Assembly (NCBI GenBank): GCA_037138355.1
Contig: JBAXIL010000006.1
Location: 1-59,345, forward strand
Direction: 5' to 3'
From: a bacterium
GTDB lineage: Bacteria > Oederibacteriota > PGYV01 > Palsa-1178
DNA length: 59,345 nucleotides
Made by a program: the position numbers and the translations under genes. Each line of letters begins with the position of its first letter. Positions within the stretch are counted from its first letter, which is position 1. A model generated the notes under the pieces. The model saw nothing but the letters and a program-made list of their open reading frames with translations. It was not told the DNA's origin and searched no databases. This document shows positions 10,970 to 20,750 of this stretch, piece after piece.

Positions 10970-11161
10970 TTATACCCGTCTTTTCACTTTTTTTCTTTTT
11001 TTGCTTGCTGCCCACATTTTCTGTTTTTTTCTTACAGAAGGAGGTTCGTAGAACTCCCTTTTTTTCATTTCCTGAAGCACTCCAGCGTCCTGAACTTTTT
11101 TCTTAAAGCGTTTCATAGCATCGTCCAGAGATTCGTTTTCTTTGATAATAATCTCAGTCAT
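10970..11161 (-). CDS. rpsU: 30S ribosomal protein S21
   Basis: [14 protein letters not shown]...[13 protein letters not shown]. Confidence 0.97.
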   Translation of the reverse strand: MTEIIIKENESLDDAMKRFKKKVQDAGVLQEMKKREFYEPPSVRKKQKMWAASKKRKKVKRRV

Positions 11162-11250
11162 TTAGTAAATCACCCGTCTTTCTTTTTATGAATGTCATTA
11201 ATTCGTGTCTAATTAAAGGCACAAATGTTTCAATTCGAAAGTATTGAAAT

Positions 11251-11315
11251 AAAAAAACAGCCTGTCAAGTGGGTAAAAGGAAACCTATGGCTTCCTAAAA
11301 TCCCTTAACAGACTA
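11251..11315 (-). promoter_or_regulatory. Long hairpin plus U7 tract in the rpsU 5' leader (candidate attenuator or small RNA)
   Basis: UAGUCUGUUAAG pairs with CUUGACAGGCUG; inner AGGAAGCC pairs with GGUUUCCU; followed by UUUUUUU. Begins about 7 nt after the predicted TSS. Confidence 0.6.
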
Positions 11316-11328
11316 TTGAACTTATGAA

Positions 11329-11357
11329 ATTATACCCATAAGATAAGTGAAAGTCAA
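11329..11357 (-). promoter_or_regulatory. Sigma70 promoter of the rpsU operon
   Basis: TTGACT-17 nt-TATAAT on the minus strand. Confidence 0.8.
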
Positions 11358-11616
11358 GTTTATATTAACAGTTTTTTATCAAATAAATATGGTAGTTTTC
11401 ATATATTATACACACTTTTTTGATTTTATTTCACAATGTGAAATAAAATATTTTATGCCATTATTTAAAGGTGTTTTATTTGATAATTTTCAAACTTGTA
11501 TCGTAAAACTCACTTCGTTTTCCACCACCGAATCATTTTAAAAGTAATTGTTGTCAATTTTTTCATTACAAAGTAATATATACACTATAAATACACTCAA
11601 AGGAGCTAAAAGTTTT

Positions 11617-11937
11617 ATGCAAACCGATAATAATTGTCCATTATGTAAAAGAGAAACACAGCTTGTTCCCCATCATGTAATACCAAAGACTTTGCACTCA
11701 GAAAATTGGTTTAAAAAACATTTAACGCCTGAACAAATGAATATCACTTTTTTAGTTTGTGTAGACTGCCATAGCGCGATACATAAATTTCATTCTTCTA
11801 AAGAACTCGCAAATGATTTTAATACACTTGAAAAAATAATGGCAGATGAGAAGATAATGAACTTTGCAAAATTTGCAGCAAAACAAAAAGGTGGCATAGG
11901 TCAAAGGTCAATGAAAAAAAGAGGTAGTGAATTATAA
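11617..11937 (+). CDS. Small HNH-like zinc-binding protein (YisB-like)
   Basis: CPLC...HHVIPK...CVDCHSAIH. ATG 11617 follows AAGGAG. Confidence 0.75.
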   Translation: MQTDNNCPLCKRETQLVPHHVIPKTLHSENWFKKHLTPEQMNITFLVCVDCHSAIHKFHSSKELANDFNTLEKIMADEKIMNFAKFAAKQKGGIGQRSMKKRGSEL

Positions 11938-11948
11938 TAATATTTATC

Positions 11949-12377
11949 TTATCCTAAAGCCAGAACTAAAGAACCAATAACTACAAAGGCACAACCAATC
12001 ATGGCCTTCCAGGTGAGTTTTTCTCCAAGAAATATCACAGCCAATAAAATTGCAAAAGCTACACTAAGCTTATCAACAGGTGCCACTTTTGACGCTGGCC
12101 CAAGTTGTAAGGCACGGTAATAACAAAGCCATGATAAACCAGTAGCTATGGCCGATAAAACCAAAAAAATAATGGAATGTAGATTTAATCCTTCCGTTTT
12201 ATTCCATTCAGTTCTGAAAGTCAAAATAAGAGCAGTCATAGCTAAGACCACTACCGTCCTTATAAACATTCCAAGATTAGAATTAATTCCCTGCACTCCT
12301 ACTTTTCCGAGTATAGCTGTAAGTCCAGCAAAAAAAGCCGAACCAAAAGCAAAAAATTGCCAACCACGCATATTCAT
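11949..12377 (-). CDS. EamA/DMT family transporter (single domain)
   Basis: AFFAGLTAILGKVG, GLSWLCYYRALQLGPASKVAPVDKLS, FLGEKLT. Confidence 0.92.
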   Translation of the reverse strand: MNMRGWQFFAFGSAFFAGLTAILGKVGVQGINSNLGMFIRTVVVLAMTALILTFRTEWNKTEGLNLHSIIFLVLSAIATGLSWLCYYRALQLGPASKVAPVDKLSVAFAILLAVIFLGEKLTWKAMIGCAFVVIGSLVLALG

Positions 12378-12450
12378 AAAAATCTTTCCTGTTGTTTTGT
12401 TTTTTTAGATTTAATCATTTTATATTCTCCTTTAATTTTATATAGCCACT

Positions 12451-13827
12451 TCACTCTATTAAAATACTTGTCTTTAAAACTTTTTCAATGTTTGGATAAG
12501 ACGAATAAGTTGACATAACTCTTAAATACACAGGATATATATTTCCAATTTTTAGAACATCTTTATATAAAATTGGAATACTCCAAGCAATAGAGTTTTT
12601 TCCTGTCTCTTCCACTATTTGATGACATACCTCAACTATTTTTCCATCAGGGCTTTCTATCTGTAAAGTGATAACACTTTTTTCTGTCACAGTGAAATCA
12701 AACTGTAGCTTTGGTCCTTCTTGCGTTTTGATATTAGCTACTTTAAAATCTGTTGCGTCACTTCCTATCCAAAAGTATTGAGCCGATTCTTTGTCTGACA
12801 CAAGTATCTGTCCATAATGCTTATAAATAGCAATGCCTGTTGGACTTTCAAACTCATAGTCTTTTGTGCCGTATGTTCCAATAGCAGTTATATAAGTTAG
12901 ATCTGGAAGAAACTTATAAACTTGAGAATTCAAATTATCTACCATATATATATTTCCATAATAATCTTGTTCAAGTGTGGTGAGCTTTACACTTTTTCCT
13001 AATAAATCATTTACCCTTAAAGATTGTAATAACACCCCATGTAAATCAAACTTCATAATACGACTATAGTTGCCGTCTATTACATATATAAAATTATTTT
13101 TATATCCAGAATAGCGCTCTCCTTCATCACACACGCAAATACCTTGCGGACTTGATAAACCACTTTCCTGACCAAAAGAATATAGATACCCACCTGATTT
13201 TGAAAATACTTGTATTCTGTTGTTATTAGTATCTGTTACATAAAGCTTTCCCGTAGAATCCAGCGCCGCATAGGAAGGATTATTAAACTTTCCAGGTTCA
13301 CTTCCAGTACTTCCTATATTTCTGATAAACTTTACTTTTTTTCCATCATTATAAAATCTTGCTATGCGGTCATTCCCACTATCTACTACATATACATCCC
13401 CATATTCATTACAAGCTATTCCTTTTGGATTTAATAGTTGTCCATCGCGACTGCCTTTACTTCCAAATGTTCCAAGGGCGTACATAGAGATATTGTATAT
13501 AATCTCCCCTCTGCCGGAATTACTTCCGTACACAGTGAGCTGCCAATCGTCTTTGTCTTTATTTATTTGTCCATATTCTGCCATAAGCTTAGTACAAGCC
13601 AAATCCTGTGGGTCATCAAAATATGTCCTATTACCAAGAAATAATTTTAAATGAACTGCCGTCCCACGATGAATGCCAAAAGGGGTATGCCAAAAAGACG
13701 GATATACAATAGTTGTAGGATTATCATAGATAATTGTCATATCGCCTTCTTTTGGTACATCCACAGCGATAACAAAAGAAAAACAAAGAAAAATAAATAA
13801 CAAAATTAATTGTATTTTTTTAATCAC
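12451..13827 (-). CDS. Secreted NHL-repeat (beta-propeller) protein
   Basis: Signal peptide; repeats of the G..G...G.F..P.GIA....G..YV.D..N.RI type. Confidence 0.85.
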   Translation of the reverse strand: MIKKIQLILLFIFLCFSFVIAVDVPKEGDMTIIYDNPTTIVYPSFWHTPFGIHRGTAVHLKLFLGNRTYFDDPQDLACTKLMAEYGQINKDKDDWQLTVYGSNSGRGEIIYNISMYALGTFGSKGSRDGQLLNPKGIACNEYGDVYVVDSGNDRIARFYNDGKKVKFIRNIGSTGSEPGKFNNPSYAALDSTGKLYVTDTNNNRIQVFSKSGGYLYSFGQESGLSSPQGICVCDEGERYSGYKNNFIYVIDGNYSRIMKFDLHGVLLQSLRVNDLLGKSVKLTTLEQDYYGNIYMVDNLNSQVYKFLPDLTYITAIGTYGTKDYEFESPTGIAIYKHYGQILVSDKESAQYFWIGSDATDFKVANIKTQEGPKLQFDFTVTEKSVITLQIESPDGKIVEVCHQIVEETGKNSIAWSIPILYKDVLKIGNIYPVYLRVMSTYSSYPNIEKVLKTSILIE

Positions 13828-13911
13828 AGTTCTCCTGATTTATTATTTAGTTGATTTTAACAAAACAAACTGATTTTTACAAAAGAAATGTTTTGGGTTA
13901 AAAAATATATA

Positions 13912-14640
13912 TTAAAACTGGTAAGAAGCTTCTAAACCACCTGGCAAGGCTGATATTTTTAAATCGGGACCTTCATAATTTACTATTTTGCCTGTAATAA
14001 CTCCTATACACGCACCAAACAAAGCATCTGACAACCAATGTTCTTTATTATAAACTCTGGCAATTCCTGTTAGAGTCGCTATAGGATATGTAATCCAACC
14101 AATATTATATGCATCACCAATAATAGTTGCCCAAGTAAAAGCTACTGTTGTGTGTCCAGAAGGATATGAATTATTAGCAAAGTTAAACCAATTAAAGGCT
14201 CCTGGATTATCAGTTCTTGAAGGCCTATGTCTGCCAAAAACAACCTTTCCTACATATGATATTAAACCTGAAACTGCCAATCCTTCAACAACTTTTATTG
14301 CGGTCTTTTTTTCTTTTTCACCACCCACAAAGAATAAAAGTGCATCAGCAGGAAGTACATAGACAGGATCACCAGCATTAGTAAGGACATTGAAAAAAGT
14401 GTCGTTGAAATCATTTTGTATAGAACGAATAGTTTGTGAAAACCATAAATCATTTTTCATAAGCGCATAAGTAGTAAGCCCGAATGCCCCTACAAGTAAA
14501 CCTGTTTTAACTGGATCTACTCCTATGGCTTGACCTACATACTGAAAATCAAGAAAAAAAACGCGATTTAATATAGTATTTTCAGCAGCTATGGATACTG
14601 ATAGAAATATCAATATCAAAGCAAATATACTCTTTTTCAT
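13912..14640 (-). CDS. PAP2 family phosphatase
   Basis: KVVFGRHRP, SYPSGHT and ARVYNKEHWLSD catalytic motifs; N-terminal signal peptide. Confidence 0.9.
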   Translation of the reverse strand: MKKSIFALILIFLSVSIAAENTILNRVFFLDFQYVGQAIGVDPVKTGLLVGAFGLTTYALMKNDLWFSQTIRSIQNDFNDTFFNVLTNAGDPVYVLPADALLFFVGGEKEKKTAIKVVEGLAVSGLISYVGKVVFGRHRPSRTDNPGAFNWFNFANNSYPSGHTTVAFTWATIIGDAYNIGWITYPIATLTGIARVYNKEHWLSDALFGACIGVITGKIVNYEGPDLKISALPGGLEASYQF

Positions 14641-14755
14641 TTGAACTCCGTTATTTGAATTATGAAACCTTATTCATTAATTATAGTTCTTTATCATCTT
14701 ATCATAAAACTTTATAAATCTCCACGCTTCGCTGTATTTGAACATTTTATTTTCT

Positions 14756-14794
14756 TACCGAGACAAATCGCCCCATGGGATAATTGTCTCGGTA
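14756..14794. repeat. Intergenic inverted repeat with 11-bp arms
   Basis: TACCGAGACAA...TTGTCTCGGTA around a 17-nt spacer containing CCCATGGG. Confidence 0.7.
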
Positions 14795-14805
14795 GATATT
14801 AAAAC

Positions 14806-14839
14806 AAAAAAAGTCCAACATATAAAAATGCTGGACTTT
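14806..14839 (-). terminator. Probable intrinsic terminator of hemW-proA-nadD
   Basis: AAAGTCCA/TGGACTTT stem followed by a T-tract on the minus strand, about 20 nt after the nadD stop. Confidence 0.65.
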
Positions 14840-14858
14840 ATAATTATTTAGCAAACTC

Positions 14859-15458
14859 TTATTTATAAAGCTTGTGTTCTTTTATATAATTACTAACTTT
14901 AACTCCCAGTTCTTTTTCGCAATCCTCACCGCTTTTAATTCTGAAACGAATATCAGTAGAAGCTATGTGTATCAAACCTGTGTGAGCCCAATAAACTACA
15001 TTTGCAAAATTGCCGAATTTTTTTGTTATCATTTCTTTTGTATTTCCAGCTCTTGGAAAAATAATAAAATCTGTGAGTTTTAAAACCTCCTGATTATCTT
15101 TCCAGGTATCTATATGGTAAAACGCATCTGAGCCAATTAAGAAATGTATCTTTGTTTCAGGATATTCCTTTTTAAAATGTTTTAAAGTATCTATACTATA
15201 TGAAACTCTTTTTCTGTTAATTTCAAAATCAGAAAGAATAAAATCAGGATTGCCATTTATTAAAAGTTTTACCATTTCTAACCTGTGCTCCGCGTCCATA
15301 ACATTTCTTGGTTCCTTATGAGGAGGTATGTAAGCTGGCACAAAAAAGACTTTGTCCAAATTGAACTCTTTTTTTGCTTCAACCGCAAGCTGATAATGTC
15401 CCAAATGCGGAGGACTGAAAGTACCGCCAAATATCCCTATGTCTTTTAATTTATCCAC
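14859..15458 (-). CDS. nadD: Nicotinate-nucleotide adenylyltransferase
   Basis: GIFGGTFSPPHLGH, PPHK, SYSIDTL, FLIGSD, IASTDIR. Confidence 0.96.
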   Translation of the reverse strand: MDKLKDIGIFGGTFSPPHLGHYQLAVEAKKEFNLDKVFFVPAYIPPHKEPRNVMDAEHRLEMVKLLINGNPDFILSDFEINRKRVSYSIDTLKHFKKEYPETKIHFLIGSDAFYHIDTWKDNQEVLKLTDFIIFPRAGNTKEMITKKFGNFANVVYWAHTGLIHIASTDIRFRIKSGEDCEKELGVKVSNYIKEHKLYK

Positions 15459-16707
15459 GAATTTGCCCGCTTCCTTTTATCACATATTTTTCTGATGTGA
15501 GTTCCTTTAAAGCCATAGGTCCTCTTACATGCAGTTTTTGATTTGATATACCCATTTCTGCTCCGAGTCCGAATTCAAAACCATCATTAAGTCGCGTGGA
15601 CGCATTTATAAAACACGCAGCAGAATCAACTTCTGTTGTAAATTTAATTCCTGCTTCTTCATTATTTGTTATTATGGCGTCAGAATGATGCGAGCCATAA
15701 TTATTGATATGATAAATAGCATCTTCAATGCTATTCACAACCTTAATATTTAAAATAAGATCATTATATTCTGTTCTGAAATCTTTTTCTACTGCATCTA
15801 AAGCTTCTGGAAAATATTTTTTTGCTTGCTCTTCTGCCTTTACTTTTACACCTGCTTTTATGAGTTCTGCTTTTATGACTGGTAAAAACTGTCCTGCAAT
15901 ATCTTTATGAACAAGCAAGGTCTCCATAGCATTACAAGTCGATGGCCTTTGTATCTTAGCGTTCATTGAAACTTTAACCGCCATGCTTATATCCGCTACT
16001 TTATCTACATAGGTATGGCATATTCCAGCATCATGGTATATGACAGGTATCATCGTATTTCCTGCAACAAAATCCACAAGCCCTTTTCCACCGCGTGGTA
16101 TTATGACATCCACATATTCTTTTTGTTTGAGTAATATAGCCACGCTTTCTCTGTCTGTATTGTCAATAACTTCCACAGCACCTTCAGGCAAACCTGCTTT
16201 TATAATTGCTTCCTTGATAATTTTTCCTATACAGCTGTTTGAATAATGTGCATCAGAACCACCGCGAAGTATTACACTATTTCCTGATTTTAATGTTAGA
16301 GAAGATGCCTCAACTGCTACATTTGGACGGGATTCAAATATTATACCCACCACACCAAGCGGCATTCTCATTTTTGAAACTTTCATTCCATTTGGTCTTA
16401 TCCACTCTTGTGTTATTTCTCCTACAGGATCTTTAAGTTCCACAACATCATGAAGGGATTTAATCATATCATCTATGCTTTTATCATTTAAAGTAAGTCT
16501 GTCTATAAAAGCCATTGAAAGACCTTTAGCCAAACCGGCTTCAATATCTTTTTTATTTTCCAATTTTATAAGCGTCCTGTTTTTATCCAGTTGCTCAGCC
16601 ATAATTTTTAAAGCATTATTTTTTAAGTGTGTAGAAGTTTTCATCATGACATAGGACGCTTCTTTAGCTTGTTTTGCCTGTTTTATGACTATATCCTTTA
16701 TTTCCAT
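15451..16707 (-). CDS. proA: Glutamate-5-semialdehyde dehydrogenase
   Basis: PLGVVGIIFESRPNV, IIPRGG, CNAMETLLVH, NASTRLNDGFEFGLGAEMGIS.KLHVRGP. Confidence 0.98.
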   Translation of the reverse strand: MEIKDIVIKQAKQAKEASYVMMKTSTHLKNNALKIMAEQLDKNRTLIKLENKKDIEAGLAKGLSMAFIDRLTLNDKSIDDMIKSLHDVVELKDPVGEITQEWIRPNGMKVSKMRMPLGVVGIIFESRPNVAVEASSLTLKSGNSVILRGGSDAHYSNSCIGKIIKEAIIKAGLPEGAVEVIDNTDRESVAILLKQKEYVDVIIPRGGKGLVDFVAGNTMIPVIYHDAGICHTYVDKVADISMAVKVSMNAKIQRPSTCNAMETLLVHKDIAGQFLPVIKAELIKAGVKVKAEEQAKKYFPEALDAVEKDFRTEYNDLILNIKVVNSIEDAIYHINNYGSHHSDAIITNNEEAGIKFTTEVDSAACFINASTRLNDGFEFGLGAEMGISNQKLHVRGPMALKELTSEKYVIKGSGQIRG

Positions 16708-16736
16708 TTTAAATAGTTCCTTCCTTCTTTTACGAT

Positions 16737-17858
16737 TTAAAAAAACTGCTGTATTATTTCATTTGAAATCAAAAAACCCTTACGCGTGAGAGCTAAAGCA
16801 TTATTTTCATTTTCAGCAAGACCTTCTGCTTTTATTTTATCTATCATATTACTATATTTAGCCGAAAAATCAAATTTAAAAATTTTCTCAAACTCCTGAT
16901 AAATCAAGCCCTCTTTTGTTCGCAATCTCATCATAATGTAATCTTTTTTTTCTTTTTCTTCATCAATTCTTTCCTTAAACTCAACCGCATCCAATCCGTC
17001 TTTTATTTTTTTCATATATATTGCTGGTGTTGAAAAATTAGTATATCTTTCTTTTTTATAATACGAAGATGCAGAAGAACCTATTCCTATATATTCTCCA
17101 GGCTTCCAATAATTTAAGTTATGCTTGCACTGCTTTCCCGCCATAGCAAAGTTTGATATCTCATATTGCTTATATCCTGCTTTTTCTAAGGCCTGCGCAC
17201 CTCTTTCATACATATGTTCAATAATTTCATCATGAGGAAGATTTAGGTCCCCTGCTTCCGCCAATCTTCCAAATTCTGTGTGGTTATAAACGGTAAGCAT
17301 ATAAAATGATACATGTTCTGGCTTTAGCTTAACTATTTCTTCAATATTATGGAGGACATCCACAGTGGACTGTCCTTCTATACCGTACATAAGGTCAAAG
17401 TTAATGTTTTTAATATTATTTTCTCTCAAAATTTCATAGGCCTGATATATAGTTCTCACACTGTGTATTCTACATAGTTTTTCCAAAAACTTATCTTGAA
17501 AACTCTGGCAGCCTAAACTTACCCTATTAACATTAGCTTCAAGGATTTTTGCCTTTTTATCAGTTATTGTTTCTGGATTTACTTCTATTGTTATTTCTTT
17601 TAGTTTTTTTCTTTCCACCAAACTGTATATCCCAGCAAAAAGCCGCTCTAACTGTTTTTCTGTAAGTGTAGTTGGCGTTCCTCCTCCAATGAAAAGCGTA
17701 TCATATTCTATATCAATTTTTTTCTTATAATTTGTAAGTTCTGTTAAAACACTCTCTATATAATCATCCGCAAGATTTATGATATCATCAAAAGATGAAA
17801 AATCGCAGTAAGGACATTTCTTGACACAAAAAGGTATATGTATGTATAGACCTGCCAT
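16737..17858 (-). CDS. hemW: Radical SAM heme chaperone HemW (HemN-like)
   Basis: LYIHIPFCVKKCPYCDF, GGGTPT, YEISNFA, HNLNYW. Confidence 0.92.
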   Translation of the reverse strand: MAGLYIHIPFCVKKCPYCDFSSFDDIINLADDYIESVLTELTNYKKKIDIEYDTLFIGGGTPTTLTEKQLERLFAGIYSLVERKKLKEITIEVNPETITDKKAKILEANVNRVSLGCQSFQDKFLEKLCRIHSVRTIYQAYEILRENNIKNINFDLMYGIEGQSTVDVLHNIEEIVKLKPEHVSFYMLTVYNHTEFGRLAEAGDLNLPHDEIIEHMYERGAQALEKAGYKQYEISNFAMAGKQCKHNLNYWKPGEYIGIGSSASSYYKKERYTNFSTPAIYMKKIKDGLDAVEFKERIDEEKEKKDYIMMRLRTKEGLIYQEFEKIFKFDFSAKYSNMIDKIKAEGLAENENNALALTRKGFLISNEIIQQFF

Positions 17859-18069
17859 TTTTTCTCCATTCTTAAAGATAGTAATAATATATGTTTTATA
17901 AGCCCAAAAAGCAAGTAAAATGAGTTAAACCTTAGTTTTATGGGTTTTTGCATACACCTTATTAGCTATAAAATCAGTTATTATATATAAATTTAAAACC
18001 GACCATAAATACTAATAGGTCAATTATCCATAAAGTTCCTTTAAAATCACACGAAACCTAACTTTTCAA

Positions 18070-18098
18070 TTGACAATATTATCCAATGGTGTTATAAA
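18070..18098 (+). promoter_or_regulatory. Sigma70 promoter of the inositol-lipid operon
   Basis: TTGACA-17 nt-TATAAA, with TGn immediately before the -10 box. Confidence 0.7.
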
Positions 18099-18159
18099 TA
18101 CAAGACTTCAAAAATCCAGCAAAATTACTATTTTGCTTTTATGGGGTATTTTTGCCAAA

Positions 18160-18759
18160 ATGAGATATGAAGAAGCTCGGGATTCACTTAAAAAATTGGG
18201 CCAGACTATTTTATCCCCTTTGCTCGTTCTTTTACATAAAGCAGGTGTGACGCCAAACCTTATTACTTGGGTAGGCTTCTTACTACTTTTGCCTGCAGTA
18301 TATTTTCTTACCGTAGGTCGTTTTGTCCCAGCCGCTCTAATAATTATCTTTGCTTCATTATTTGATATGTTAGATGGTGCTTTAGCAAGAAAAATGGGTA
18401 AAATAACCAAGTTTGGCGGTTTTTTGGATTCTACAATCGACAGGTTTTCTGAAGGAGTTTTATATCTCGGTATTTTAACTTACTATAGTGGAACTAATAA
18501 TTCTAATGGAATAATACTGAGTTATCTAACCCTTCTTTTTTCATTTTTAGTAAGCTACATTAGGGCGAGAGCAAGTGGCTTAAAAATTGATTGTGAAATT
18601 GGGATTTTTACAAGACCTGAAAGACTTATTGCCTTAATAATTGGTCTGCTCATTAACAGAGTTATTGAGATCATGATTTTAATATCGTTCTTTTCATTTA
18701 TTACTGTTATACAAAGAATGTGGCTTGTTTATAAAGAAGCCAAGAAATTGGATAAATAA
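18160..18759 (+). CDS. CDP-alcohol phosphatidyltransferase, phosphatidylinositol-phosphate synthase-like
   Basis: TPNLIT, DMLDGALAR..G..TKFGGFLDSTIDR, VSYIRARA..L...C.IG...RPER (as in actinobacterial/archaeal PIP synthases); adjacent to ino1. ATG 18160 preferred because the track's TTG 18070 is part of the -35 box. Confidence 0.85.
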   Translation: MRYEEARDSLKKLGQTILSPLLVLLHKAGVTPNLITWVGFLLLLPAVYFLTVGRFVPAALIIIFASLFDMLDGALARKMGKITKFGGFLDSTIDRFSEGVLYLGILTYYSGTNNSNGIILSYLTLLFSFLVSYIRARASGLKIDCEIGIFTRPERLIALIIGLLINRVIEIMILISFFSFITVIQRMWLVYKEAKKLDK

Positions 18760-18783
18760 CATTATGAGGAGGAAATACTAAAA

Positions 18784-19860
18784 ATGGAAAAGAAAATAAG
18801 ATTAGCAATTGCTGGAGTTGGAAACTGTGCCTGGTCATTGATACAAGGACTGGAATATTATAAAAATGTGTCAGATGATGCTCAGATACAAGGACTTATG
18901 CACGCAAATCTCGGTGGCTACAGAATAAAAGATATTGAACTTGTTGCCGCTTTTGATGTAGATGAAAATAAAGTTGGAAAAGATGTGAAAGATGCACTTC
19001 AATCATTTCCAAATAATACAATAGAATTTGCTAAGATTAATAAAACCGGAATTAAAGTTATGAAAGGTAGAACTTTAGACGGCCTCGGTAAATATTACCA
19101 GACCGTGGTTAAAGAATCAAAAGTTAAATCCGTTGATGTCGCAGCTGTTTTGAAAAAAACAAAAGCAGATGTTTTTGTTTCCTATCTACCTGTAGGTTCG
19201 GAAATGGCAGTTCAGTATTATGCTATGGAAGCACTTAAAGCCAAAACTGCTTTTATTAATGCCATACCTGTATTTGTGGCTTCAACTCCAGCATGGGCTG
19301 CTAAATTTAAAAAAGCTGGCGTGCCTATTATAGGAGATGATATTAAATCGCAAGTCGGTGCCACAATAGTTCACAGAGTACTTACAAAACTTTTCGGTGA
19401 CAGAGGCTGCAAAATATATAGAACCTACCAGCTGAATTTCGGTGGTAATATGGATTTTATGAATATGTTAGAACGCGAAAGACTTCACTCAAAGAAAATT
19501 TCTAAAACTAACTCTGTACTTAGCCAAATGCAAAATCCTATAAACGCTGCAGAAGATGTTCATGTAGGACCAAGCGATTATATACCATGGCTTAAAGACA
19601 GAAAATGGTGCTATATACGCATAGAAGGCGCAAACTTCGGTGAAGTACCAATAAATCTTGAACTCAAGCTTGAAGTGTGGGATTCTCCAAATTCTGCAGG
19701 TGTCATAATAGATGCTGTGAGATGTGCCAAAATTGCTTTAGATAGAAAAATTGGTGGTATTTTAGAAGGTCCTTCAGCTTACTTCATGAAGACACCTCCA
19801 AAACAATACAGTGACTCTGTCGCTAAAAAAATGGTAGAAGATTTCATAAAAGGAAACTAA
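18784..19860 (+). CDS. ino1: myo-inositol-1-phosphate synthase
   Basis: [57 protein letters not shown]. Confidence 0.96.
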   Translation: MEKKIRLAIAGVGNCAWSLIQGLEYYKNVSDDAQIQGLMHANLGGYRIKDIELVAAFDVDENKVGKDVKDALQSFPNNTIEFAKINKTGIKVMKGRTLDGLGKYYQTVVKESKVKSVDVAAVLKKTKADVFVSYLPVGSEMAVQYYAMEALKAKTAFINAIPVFVASTPAWAAKFKKAGVPIIGDDIKSQVGATIVHRVLTKLFGDRGCKIYRTYQLNFGGNMDFMNMLERERLHSKKISKTNSVLSQMQNPINAAEDVHVGPSDYIPWLKDRKWCYIRIEGANFGEVPINLELKLEVWDSPNSAGVIIDAVRCAKIALDRKIGGILEGPSAYFMKTPPKQYSDSVAKKMVEDFIKGN

Positions 19861-19861
19861 A

Positions 19862-20719
19862 GTGTTTTACCTGCTTAAAATAATAGAGGTAATTTTTAAA
19901 AATGTCCCGCAAAAAGCGGGATATTTTTTTTCTGATATTTTTTCATATATTTCTTTTCTTCTCCCAAGCCAAAGAAAAATCAATTTAAAAATCAATCTTG
20001 AAGCGGTCGTAGGAAAAGTTAACGACGACATGTTATTAGCTGTGTATAAAAATTACGGCCGTTACTACTTTGACACTTTTGGTGGTAATATTAAGTTTCC
20101 ACAATGCTCAGATCCAAAAGCAGACGAAATTTTCAAAACAGAATATGTTCCAAAAATAAAAAGTTATCTCACCCCAAATAAGGGTTTTATCTTTGTATCT
20201 ATGCACTTAGGAAACTGGGATGCCGCGGGAACTTATGCCTCTACATATTTCCCTGGTAAAATAAATATAGTAGTTGAACAGCTCTCCCCTGCTATGTTCA
20301 AATGGTTTAAACAAGCAAGAGAAAAAATGGGCATGAAAATAATCAGCCATTCAGACATAAAACAAATGATAAAAATACTAAATAATGGAGAAATTCTTGT
20401 TTTGGCCTCAGACAGAGATATTGAAAAAAACGGCTTTCAAATGGATATGTTTGGAAAAAAGGCCTACATACCAAGCGGGCCTGCTAAGCTTGCCCTACTT
20501 ACAGGCGTGCCTGTCCTTGTAGGTTCTTTTCCAAGAAATAAAGAAGATATTTCAAAATTCGCTGTTAAAGTTCATCCTGTTTTTTTAAATACCGATAACA
20601 AAGAACGCACAAAAGAAAACATTGAACAACTGACAAAAGACATTATAATAGAAATGGCAGAACTCATAAAACAGGATCCACTTCAATGGTGTATGCTTCA
20701 AAAATTTTTTGTTGAGTAG
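19862..20719 (+). CDS. PatA/LpxL-family lipid acyltransferase 1
   Basis: HLGNWD motif, ASDRD, FGKKAYIPSGPAKLAL.TG, DPLQWCMLQ. Confidence 0.8.
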   Translation: MFYLLKIIEVIFKNVPQKAGYFFSDIFSYISFLLPSQRKINLKINLEAVVGKVNDDMLLAVYKNYGRYYFDTFGGNIKFPQCSDPKADEIFKTEYVPKIKSYLTPNKGFIFVSMHLGNWDAAGTYASTYFPGKINIVVEQLSPAMFKWFKQAREKMGMKIISHSDIKQMIKILNNGEILVLASDRDIEKNGFQMDMFGKKAYIPSGPAKLALLTGVPVLVGSFPRNKEDISKFAVKVHPVFLNTDNKERTKENIEQLTKDIIIEMAELIKQDPLQWCMLQKFFVE

Positions 20720-20750
20720 AAATCAATCAATTTATTAGGAGCATTTTACT

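Noticed and set aside
11617..11937. HNH protein as a homing endonuclease or mobile element
   Set aside because: Small stand-alone YisB-like protein; no intron, terminal repeats or target duplication seen.
14717..14736. GCGAAGCGTGGAGATTT (minus strand), and a similar CGAAGTGAG near 11510, resembling REP-like fragments
   Set aside because: Too short and degenerate to support.
18070..18159. 30-aa N-terminal extension of the PIP synthase given in the ORF track
   Set aside because: The TTG is part of the TTGACA -35 box; ATG 18160 gives a family-typical length.
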